From the IMG/VR virus record IMGVR_UViG_3300020048_000042, positions 58,313-122,312 of that record: a stretch of DNA of 64,000 bases. The stretch is one strand, 5' to 3'. Positions 27,265-35,158 of the stretch are shown here, in pieces; position 1 is the first letter of the stretch; every line of letters starts with the position of its first letter. The DNA is from a virus. Below the pieces are notes generated by a model. It had not been told where the DNA came from. It made no database searches and worked only from the letters and a program-made list of their open reading frames with translations. The position numbers and the translations under genes were made by a program.

Positions 27265-27653
27265 CAGTCTTCAATTTTAGGTAACTCATTATCTTCTGCA
27301 ACCATGTGAATAGCAAACCAAATTTGTTCCATTGTGGCTTCATTTGTCAAAGCTTTTTCTAGCACGTCTTGTGCGTCACTGTCGTCACAAATATAACGAC
27401 TTTTTACGTCATCATTGTGCCATAGATTGTCTACAAAATAACCTGCATCGCGCAGTACTTGTTTTGCATGTTCAACCTTGTAATCATTTTGAAGCTCACC
27501 ATTTTCAAATTGTGGCTCAAGGTACTGAAGAAGATACTTTGCGTAAGCAGTAAGCATTTGCTCACCTTGAAACTCAAAAGATTCTTGTCCAGTACCTTTA
27601 GTCAAAGTATACAGTGCTTTAAGCTCCTCATACAATTCTTTTGTAAAGTTCAT
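27264..27653 (-). CDS. hypothetical protein
   Basis: 129-aa ORF, first gene after a ~470-bp intergenic region. Confidence 0.6.
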   Translation of the reverse strand: MNFTKELYEELKALYTLTKGTGQESFEFQGEQMLTAYAKYLLQYLEPQFENGELQNDYKVEHAKQVLRDAGYFVDNLWHNDDVKSRYICDDSDAQDVLEKALTNEATMEQIWFAIHMVAEDNELPKIED

Positions 27654-27708
27654 TTTTTCTTTTATTGGTTAATAATGTTTTTTCTAGTCTTTCCCAGTGT
27701 CTTCTAAC

Positions 27709-27926
27709 CTATTCTTAGTAGTCAACCTGTAGCACGGTTTTTAGTTACTCTCTGTTTTAGCACCCTCCTATGTAGGGTCAAGCTGAGAACTCATTCGCGT
27801 TGTAGCAGGTTTTAAATCTACTCTTATACAGTCCTTTCTCAAGAGACCAACACGTTCAACATTACTGCTGATATATTATTTATACTCCTCAATGTTTTGG
27901 AGACCAATCTATTCTTGGTAGTCAAC
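27709..27926. repeat. 18-nt direct repeat, copies exactly 200 bp apart
   Basis: CTATTCTTAGTAGTCAAC (27709-27726) and CTATTCTTGGTAGTCAAC (27909-27926), 17/18 identical. Confidence 0.8.
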
Positions 27927-28121
27927 AGCGTTTAAGACCCTTGTTCTGAAATGATGACGTGTTTACAGTAACCATAGTAATGTAAACAAAAATGTTTACA
28001 AACAACTACAGCGTGATGTATTAATCCTCAAGTACTCGCCCTTGTTCTTTGTCTGATATTCTTTAGTGTTTTAATTATAATTATTGTATATTCTTGTTGT
28101 AAGCTCACTTAAATATAACGT

Positions 28122-29156
28122 ATGCCAAATTCAACAAACAAACGTGGTCGTCCAGCTTTACCTACAACTGAAATTATAAAAGAATACTTGTCAAAATTTC
28201 CAAATGCTCCAAGCAAAACTTTATCTGTAAAGATTTACAAAGAAAACTCAAAATACTTTACAAGTATTGACAAGGTTTATGATTTAGTAAGGTATTATAG
28301 AGGCCAAGCTGGTGCTTCTAAACGAAAAGCTCTTTCTCAAAAAACATATTTACAACCATTAAAAACTCATGTTATGACTAACTATGAAACAATGCCTCCA
28401 TCTCTTACAGAGAAGCGAGGAACATTTACATTTCCAACTGCTTGTAAAAAGCTTGGTGTTATTGGTGATATACACTTACCATATCACGATGAAGATGCTG
28501 TTGAAACAGCGTGTGATAAAATGGAAGCTGAAAATATTGATAGTTTACTTATCAATGGTGATTTATTAGATTTCTATCAGTTATCATTTCATGAAAAGGA
28601 TCCTAGAAAGGTTCATTTTAAAGAAGAGATTGAAGCTGGTAGACAGTTTCTTGCGTATTTAAGATCAAGATTCCCTGGAATTCCAATATATTACATACCT
28701 GGAAACCATGAAAACAGATTTGAAAGATACCTTAGAATTAAGGCATCAGAACTACTTGACGTAGATGAATTTAGATTAGATGTGCTTTTGCGTGTTGCAG
28801 AAAGCAGAGTAGAATACATCCCTTTTAGAACCAAACTAGTCTTTGGAGACTTCCTTATAGAACATGGTGATAAGATTCCTGGAGCAGGCGGTGTTGTACC
28901 TGCAAGAACTGCAATTATGAGATTGAAGACAAATTGTATCATCAATCACTTTCATAAAACATCTCAAAGTTCTCAGAGAGTATATGGTGCAGGTGAAAGT
29001 GTAAGCATTAGAGGTTACAGTTTAGGCTGTCTTTGTGAATTAGCTCCTGATTACATGGAGATTAATGAGTGGAACCATGGTTTTGCAATAATGACAAAAC
29101 TTGACAACATGGTGTCTGTCAGTAACTATAAAATTGAAAATAACACTGTACTATAA
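28122..29156 (+). CDS. calcineurin-like metallophosphoesterase with N-terminal DNA-binding-like extension
   Basis: GDIHLPYHD, NGDLLDF, PGNHENR, EHGD, NHFHK; N-terminal KRGRP. Confidence 0.85.
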   Translation: MPNSTNKRGRPALPTTEIIKEYLSKFPNAPSKTLSVKIYKENSKYFTSIDKVYDLVRYYRGQAGASKRKALSQKTYLQPLKTHVMTNYETMPPSLTEKRGTFTFPTACKKLGVIGDIHLPYHDEDAVETACDKMEAENIDSLLINGDLLDFYQLSFHEKDPRKVHFKEEIEAGRQFLAYLRSRFPGIPIYYIPGNHENRFERYLRIKASELLDVDEFRLDVLLRVAESRVEYIPFRTKLVFGDFLIEHGDKIPGAGGVVPARTAIMRLKTNCIINHFHKTSQSSQRVYGAGESVSIRGYSLGCLCELAPDYMEINEWNHGFAIMTKLDNMVSVSNYKIENNTVL

Positions 29157-29455
29157 TGTTTTTACCAGTAAAGTTTTCTGACAAAGATGGTAAGTCTTAC
29201 TTTGAGCATATAAACATAGCTCATATTACGCGACTTTCTTTTGTCAATATTATGAATCCTGATGCAGGAACCAAAATCCATTTAAGAACTGGAGAGGTAT
29301 TAGTCACTCCAGTTCCTATGGATATTTTTCAAGGTGATGTTGAAGATTGTTTTAAATCGTCTACTGCTTTACTGATATACAGTGTAGTTGCTGAAAAGGC
29401 AAAGTACTTTATGCACGACGATGAAGACGCTCAAAATTCAGAATCAACTGAATAA
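29156..29455 (+). CDS. hypothetical protein coupled to phosphoesterase
   Basis: TAATG overlap; INIAHITRL...TKIHLRTGEVL. Confidence 0.6.
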   Translation: MFLPVKFSDKDGKSYFEHINIAHITRLSFVNIMNPDAGTKIHLRTGEVLVTPVPMDIFQGDVEDCFKSSTALLIYSVVAEKAKYFMHDDEDAQNSESTE

Positions 29456-29666
29456 CGTCTTCTTTATTTTCAAGTACTATTGAAGGCCAGTCCCAGTTGT
29501 GTACTTGCCATTTGTTGTCAATTATTGTATCACTATCATTTGAGATAAGTGATAATCCTTCTGTTATATCAAGATTATAATAGTGATAGTCAAAACCATT
29601 GTCTGAGTCTTTACTTAAAATCTCAACTTTTGTAAATCCTAGTTCAATCAGTTCTTGTTCTGTCAT
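29409..29666 (-). CDS. hypothetical protein
   Basis: 85-aa ORF (MTEQELIELGF). Confidence 0.55.
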   Translation of the reverse strand: MTEQELIELGFTKVEILSKDSDNGFDYHYYNLDITEGLSLISNDSDTIIDNKWQVHNWDWPSIVLENKEDVIQLILNFERLHRRA

Positions 29667-29868
29667 AATATAGGTCTTTTGTAATTTGTCTTGCTAAATG
29701 CTTAGAACATTTGTACTTAATAATAATGTAAGTTTCAATTGTGCTTGAAGGCATTTCATCAAGATTCTTGTTTTCAGATCTTAATTCTTGAATGATCTGT
29801 TTTCTCATTATCTTACTCATTAGTCTATGTTTTTATAGACAATAGCAATTACAATAATGAAAATTATG

Positions 29869-30273
29869 TCAAGTAATTTCTTCATTTGCTTTAAGTTTTT
29901 TTTGATCAAAACGATATAATATCTCCTTTTTTATGAGTGCTATGTGCCAGTCTGCTCCACCATAGTCAAGTATAGCTTCTAAGTAATCATCATCCATATC
30001 GCATATCGCAATCCACGATAATGGCTTATCTCCATTTGGTCCTCTTGATCCTCTAGTAGCATATTCTCTTACAAGTTCAAAGTCATCATCATCATATACT
30101 GCAAAGATTTTGATTTTACTCATGTTCTTTGCACCATATCTAAGATAAGCTGTTCCCCCATCAACCATTGCTTCATTAGGACATGAACAAATTTTGTAAT
30201 CATGTCTATGATAACTTACAATTGTCTCATTGCACTCTTGGCAAGTGACAGAATTATACACTAGCTGTTTCAT
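29869..30273 (-). CDS. Zn-finger protein (CxxC...HRHD...CxC...VDGG)
   Basis: CQECNETIVSYHRHDYKICSCPNEAMVDGGTAYLR; WGxRG-like ATRGSRG. Confidence 0.7.
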   Translation of the reverse strand: MKQLVYNSVTCQECNETIVSYHRHDYKICSCPNEAMVDGGTAYLRYGAKNMSKIKIFAVYDDDDFELVREYATRGSRGPNGDKPLSWIAICDMDDDYLEAILDYGGADWHIALIKKEILYRFDQKKLKANEEIT

Positions 30274-30275
30274 AA

Positions 30276-30548
30276 TTAAGGTTTTTCTTTTGGATAGTCA
30301 CCATTCCACCACTCGTAATCTGAATTCTGAGTTCTAAAAAGAACATAATCCACATCATCATTGGTAATTTCTTCAAGAATCTCAAGTACAGGTGTTGTTA
30401 ACCACCAGTCATCTCTTGAATAACTTCTTCCAGTAAGTGATCCTACAAGCATTGAGCACCCTATTGTTGGTCTATGACTTACAATCTCCTTAAGAGTTCT
30501 GTCTTCATTCCAAGCAATTGCTTCACTGCGAGGACCACTGTCACCCAT
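30276..30548 (-). CDS. hypothetical protein
   Basis: Probable start ATG 30548 (MGDSG...WWLTTPVLEI...FRTQNSDY). Confidence 0.5.
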   Translation of the reverse strand: MGDSGPRSEAIAWNEDRTLKEIVSHRPTIGCSMLVGSLTGRSYSRDDWWLTTPVLEILEEITNDDVDYVLFRTQNSDYEWWNGDYPKEKP

Positions 30549-30783
30549 TGAGTCTGATACTCTACGTAAATGAAATGCCATAATATTAACGTTTGTTTTT
30601 GCCATTCCAGGCGTTACCAATTGATATCATTCCTAGTGCAACAAAAAATGTTGTCCAAGGATAATCATAAATTGCTTCTAAAAACTCTCTCATACCTTGT
30701 CTTTTACAACTGGTACACAATCTTCTGGACCAGTACAACTACCGTCGCAGACACAAACATAATCAAATCTTTTGTTCATAGCT

Positions 30784-30939
30784 TTAAGTTTTATTTTTCC
30801 ATTCTTTCCAGACATCAAAGTCTTTCAGTTTTTCCATTTGTTCTTCCATCCATTTAGCACCTGCTATCCAGTTATCTGTTTTGCATAAATTAGGGTCTGC
30901 AAGATTAGCAGCAGCTTCTTCAAGTGTTTCTTCTTCCAT
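30784..30939 (-). CDS. small hypothetical protein (ETLEEAA...WIAGAKW)
   Basis: Start ATG 30939; motif typical of Bacteroidota phage small proteins. Confidence 0.5.
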   Translation of the reverse strand: MEEETLEEAAANLADPNLCKTDNWIAGAKWMEEQMEKLKDFDVWKEWKNKT

Positions 30940-31079
30940 CTTATTCTGATTTAAATGTTTTACACATTGATTCAAAGCTATTGTTGTAGACAAATCTTCT
31001 CATCTTAGGAGTCATTGCCATAAATGTTGCCCAGCATCTTTTTCTTAACCAATCAGGTAACTGTTTACTGTACTTCATT

Positions 31080-31514
31080 TTATTCTGATTTAAATGTTAT
31101 AGCTTGTTTTACCACTTTACCTAACATTGGCTTAACTATATTATACACCTTGTAAGATTCTTCTTCAGCCCAAGTAATAATTTCTTCTTCTTTATTTTCT
31201 GCTTCATAACTATGTTTCCATAAAGAATGATGCATCATCTCATGCATAATTAGTCCAAAAGTTTTTACTGGATCAGTACATCTAGAAAGATTAATGAATA
31301 TAAATCTATCATCATTTTCAAGATACTCACCTGAAGCTTTAGGAATAAAATTACTCCATCCAGCTATATAAGCACTATCTTTTGTATTGGCATGTGCATC
31401 ACATTCTGCGTAAGATAACCCATGCATGTTATCTACATTGAAATAATCAAATATATCACAAGGATTATAACTCAACAAGAGCATGTATCCATTTCTAAAA
31501 ATTGTAATCATCAT
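31080..31514 (-). CDS. putative zincin-like metallopeptidase
   Basis: IMHEMMH (HExxH) followed by EE..TW. Confidence 0.55.
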   Translation of the reverse strand: MMITIFRNGYMLLLSYNPCDIFDYFNVDNMHGLSYAECDAHANTKDSAYIAGWSNFIPKASGEYLENDDRFIFINLSRCTDPVKTFGLIMHEMMHHSLWKHSYEAENKEEEIITWAEEESYKVYNIVKPMLGKVVKQAITFKSE

Positions 31515-31789
31515 CTTATTCTAATTTAAGTGTTATTTACTTACAGGCTGAGGTGTACACACATGCCCATCACTCCATTTAATACCTGGAGGTGGTGTTG
31601 TTTCTGGTGAGCTATACTTAGTACCGCATTCACTACATACAAAATTATTCATATCACTTCTTTTTTTTGTCTGACGTTTTAAACTTCTCTGCACACTTGT
31701 TACAGAACCATACTACAATTTGCTGCATTTCAGAAACATCTTTTTCTACCTTACAATAATAGCAAATTCTTTTTGTTATTTTCTCCATT

Positions 31790-32005
31790 TTACTCTGATT
31801 TAGTTGATGTGTTGTACAAGTGTTCCAAGTACGCTTTTTTCTTTTCATTTGGTTCTTTAGACCAATCCTCAACTTTCTTCTGAGAATACTCTGTGCGAGT
31901 CTGTTTGACAACTACTTTTGGTATCTTATTTGTGACTTTAAAAGTAAAGTAGCAAACTGTTAAAATAACAATTACTACTGCAAAAATGTAGTTTAATCTT
32001 TTCAT
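31790..32005 (-). CDS. small membrane-anchored protein
   Basis: N-terminal hydrophobic helix YIFAVVIVILTVCYFTF. Confidence 0.5.
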   Translation of the reverse strand: MKRLNYIFAVVIVILTVCYFTFKVTNKIPKVVVKQTRTEYSQKKVEDWSKEPNEKKKAYLEHLYNTSTKSE

Positions 32006-32181
32006 ACACTAATTGTTAGTTTCTTCTGTTTTGTTATAGTTCTCTATCTTAACTACCTTATATCTATGACCATTCACTAAGGACTTGTAGTGCTTATTAG
32101 CGCAAATGATGCACATTGATATTGTTTTCTTTGGGCTTTTGAATGTAACTTTTACGTTACTTTTACCCCAACATTTACAGT

Positions 32182-32742
32182 TCATAATCCTTTACGAATG
32201 TTCCTGTACTTTTTGCCATTTTGTAACTCATCAATACTCAAAGGTTGATAGCCAATTAAATGTGCATCAACATTATAGTACTTGTCAAGAGTTGGTTTAG
32301 GTTCACTGCCTTCATCCAGGTACTTATTATTCACAACAACTTCCTCAAGTCTATTTACATGGTGAATGTGAGCATGGATATTTCCACGATAAAACTGTAC
32401 CTCATTTGGGTGTATAGGTACATGTGTAATTATAAAACCTTTATAATCTACAGCACCTGCAACACCATCAACGTACATCATTAACTGTTTAACGTTCTGA
32501 TGCTTGTCATGATTACCTAGTACTACAATCTTTCTTCCATTAAGTAGATCTAATTTGTAGTAATCATTTGGCTTTTCCATTGTGACATCTCCAACAATGT
32601 AAGTTGTGTCTCGCTTACTGACAACCTTGTTCCACTCTGCAATAAGATGAGCGTCATGCTCTTCAGCATTATCCCATTTTCTATACTTTCCAATATTGGT
32701 ATGTCCAAAGTGTAGACACCCAATGAATCTTACAATACTCAT
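32182..32742 (-). CDS. calcineurin-like phosphoesterase (small phage type)
   Basis: CLHFGH, VGDV, LGNHD, THVP, NIHAHIH, NVD. Confidence 0.85.
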   Translation of the reverse strand: MSIVRFIGCLHFGHTNIGKYRKWDNAEEHDAHLIAEWNKVVSKRDTTYIVGDVTMEKPNDYYKLDLLNGRKIVVLGNHDKHQNVKQLMMYVDGVAGAVDYKGFIITHVPIHPNEVQFYRGNIHAHIHHVNRLEEVVVNNKYLDEGSEPKPTLDKYYNVDAHLIGYQPLSIDELQNGKKYRNIRKGL

Positions 32743-32764
32743 TGTATCTATTTTAAAAAATTAG

Positions 32765-32874
32765 TAGTCATGACAGGATTCAAACCTGTGACCTGAACCT
32801 GATGTATTGCATGCCATGGTAGGCTATCCTTTACATTTTCAGAGGTTCCGCTCTATCAGCTGAGCTACATGACT
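32765..32874 (-). tRNA. tRNA-Phe(GAA)-like gene with 35-nt insert at position 37/38
   Basis: Acceptor AGTCATG/CATGACT, D stem GCTC/GAGC, anticodon stem GAACCT/AGGTTC, loop CT-GAA-A|insert|C, variable AGGTC, T stem ACAGG-TTTGAAT-CCTGT; ends A-CTA rather than A-CCA. Confidence 0.7.
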
Positions 32875-32875
32875 T

Positions 32876-33031
32876 GAGGTTGAGAACCTCTGTGTTGTGA
32901 AAACATCATCCCCGTTATCACACGACCTTCATATCTCACATGAACAACACATTTGAAGGTTATTTCACTGCAACCTACAAGCGTTCCCTAACATCAGAGA
33001 CCAATCTCACAAGTTTTAAATGGATGTGAGA
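32876..33031 (-). ncRNA. compact structured RNA immediately 5' of the tRNA-like gene
   Basis: Six stems in ~155 nt (GAGGT/ACCTC, TGTGTTG/CAACACA, TTCAT/ATGAA, CGT/ACG, AGGTT/AACCT, TCTCACA/TGTGAGA); no ORF. Confidence 0.4.
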
Positions 33032-33036
33032 CCATA

Positions 33037-33606
33037 TTATCTAATCTTGGCCATCATTGCCTTAAGCTCTGCAGCTGTCTTGACGTTGATGACTGTTAAC
33101 CTGTTGACAGGTTTTGTAAATGACAAAGGTACTGTTGATACCATGTAATGCATGTTATGTTCAATATAAATCTCTTCTGGAGTAAAACCAAATACTGCAT
33201 CTCCATTAGTTCCATATGAACCATCTTCTGCAGGACTAGGTAATATAGCAGAACCTGCTGAATAATCACCATTAGGATCATCTACTAATTGATCAGTATT
33301 AGTAAGCTGAGAATTTACAGAAGAAATCTTATTTACTTGATAGTAACCAATTGGATCTGAAACACCTTCTACAAATACATACATGTAAAAGGAAATTGTT
33401 CTATCATTCTGCAGCTTGAATCTCTTGATGAGATTATCACGCTCTAATGACCATGAAATCTTTGGAGCTGGTTGAATTGCGTTCAAATCTCTCTGATTGA
33501 TTTCTGTTCTTGCTTGCTCATCTAATGCAGATGTGTTGTCTGCTTTAGTACGACCACATGATGTTACTACAAACATCAATAATAAAATTGCTAATAATTG
33601 TTTCAT
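33037..33606 (-). CDS. phage-encoded lipoprotein
   Basis: MKQLLAILLLMFVVTS-C lipobox; SLERDNLIKR, KISSVNSQLT, PAEDGSYG. Confidence 0.75.
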   Translation of the reverse strand: MKQLLAILLLMFVVTSCGRTKADNTSALDEQARTEINQRDLNAIQPAPKISWSLERDNLIKRFKLQNDRTISFYMYVFVEGVSDPIGYYQVNKISSVNSQLTNTDQLVDDPNGDYSAGSAILPSPAEDGSYGTNGDAVFGFTPEEIYIEHNMHYMVSTVPLSFTKPVNRLTVINVKTAAELKAMMAKIR

Positions 33607-33611
33607 GTTTT

Positions 33612-34004
33612 TTAATTGTTACAGTTAAACTCCTGATTACTTAATTGATATGGTAGACTACTAGACTTCCATAAGCTACGTCCCCACATCTTTGATTTGG
33701 CATTGTACTCTTCAATCCATCTGTTGAGATTTGTTCTCAATGTAAGGATTCTTTGTGCTTTACTGAATTGCTCAAACATTACGTCTGTTTCAGGCACATC
33801 TTTCATGTTGCAGATATCAGTATTCAGTTTGCTACAAGTGTTGTAGATTTCCTGGAACTCTTCATAGTTCTGCACTGCTGTGTCAATACGAGTTGCTTCA
33901 CGCATTTTGTGAACTATAAATCCACCAATTGACAATACTATGGATAAACCTATTACCCAATAGATGATTCTTTTTAAGAATCTTAAATCTTCTTTATCAC
34001 TCAT
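33612..34004 (-). CDS. single-TM membrane protein partnered with lipoprotein
   Basis: TM IIYWVIGLSIVLSIGGFIV then helical domain ending IEEYNAKSK. Confidence 0.7.
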   Translation of the reverse strand: MSDKEDLRFLKRIIYWVIGLSIVLSIGGFIVHKMREATRIDTAVQNYEEFQEIYNTCSKLNTDICNMKDVPETDVMFEQFSKAQRILTLRTNLNRWIEEYNAKSKMWGRSLWKSSSLPYQLSNQEFNCNN

Positions 34005-34028
34005 TTGTTTAAACTTTAAAAATTTAAC

Positions 34029-34502
34029 TTATTGCGCAAGCATATACGTAAATGCTGCAGAACTACTTGTCATCTTAAACTCATGGGTTTCTTCCCCACA
34101 AGCTTCATCGTTTACTCTTATTTTTAAAAGAGAACTTGCCTTAAAATCATCAACAAAACTAGCATTGCTTATCATATCTGTGATTATGAATACAGTTTTG
34201 TGACTTTCACTGGTTAATCCTGTAAATGTGTATTTCTTGTAGACATTATTCACTAAGAATGCCATCTCCACAATTGGTTCCACATCACATGTGTATGTAC
34301 CACTAACGTATAAAGCAATTTCACCTTCTACGTTTTCCAATTTTACAAAGACATTATTTTTCCTGTAAGTGGATGCACTGACGTCGCAATACGCAATTCT
34401 GTATGCATTATCAAGCCCATTGTCTACTGTCTTATAAATCCATTGGCTATAAGACATAAATGCTGTCATTAGCATTGTTGTTACTAAGAATAACTGTTTC
34501 AT
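34029..34502 (-). CDS. secreted/periplasmic protein
   Basis: Sec signal peptide ending SYS-QW (Bacteroidota-style Gln +1). Confidence 0.65.
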   Translation of the reverse strand: MKQLFLVTTMLMTAFMSYSQWIYKTVDNGLDNAYRIAYCDVSASTYRKNNVFVKLENVEGEIALYVSGTYTCDVEPIVEMAFLVNNVYKKYTFTGLTSESHKTVFIITDMISNASFVDDFKASSLLKIRVNDEACGEETHEFKMTSSSAAFTYMLAQ

Positions 34503-35113
34503 TTTTTTCTTCTTTTTGGTAATTTAACAGGTGGCTCAACAAATGGACTTACATCAGTTTCTGAAGTAAAAAGTCCTTCTTCAAGATGAGAATTGATATG
34601 ATTTTCAAGAGACTCACCAATGTTTTTTAAGTAATTGATCATCATCATCCTTTGATCTGCTTTTATAGATATTTCTGACTTTAAGTCTTCAACTTTGTTT
34701 TCATCTATAACATCCAGTTCATTTTCAAACTTTAAACCTGCCTGTAAACTACTGATAATTAATTCATGACTTACTTGTTGCGTATGTAAAGTAACAATGC
34801 CATCTACAACATTACACTCACTAATCTTTATCTCTGTTGAAGGAGTGTACTCCACATGACCAATTAAAGATTCTATGTCAGGCATAGTGAGTCTTGTAGT
34901 GTCAAGCAGAGCTTTAAGCTTAGTAACACGATGTGTTACCTGATCACTTAACTCAGTATTACCAACGTTTTTGGTAATGTGAAAGGTCTTACGATTGTAC
35001 AACTTAAAGAACAAAACCAAAAAACGACTAAGTTCAAAAGGATTTTCTTCAGTTTTTTCTTTTATGTCCTTTGCATAATAAAGGTCATCTAGTGTATTTA
35101 ATTCCATATGCAT
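34499..35113 (-). CDS. hypothetical protein
   Basis: 204-aa ORF, basic C-terminus. Confidence 0.55.
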   Translation of the reverse strand: MHMELNTLDDLYYAKDIKEKTEENPFELSRFLVLFFKLYNRKTFHITKNVGNTELSDQVTHRVTKLKALLDTTRLTMPDIESLIGHVEYTPSTEIKISECNVVDGIVTLHTQQVSHELIISSLQAGLKFENELDVIDENKVEDLKSEISIKADQRMMMINYLKNIGESLENHINSHLEEGLFTSETDVSPFVEPPVKLPKRRKK

Positions 35114-35158
35114 AAAAATAATATAAACCCCAGAAGTTTAAACTCCCAGGGTTTAAAG

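Noticed and set aside
27709-27926. CRISPR array or IS200/605 (HEARO/omega-RNA) end
   Set aside because: Only two 18-nt copies 200 bp apart, and no cas, tnpB or iscB gene nearby
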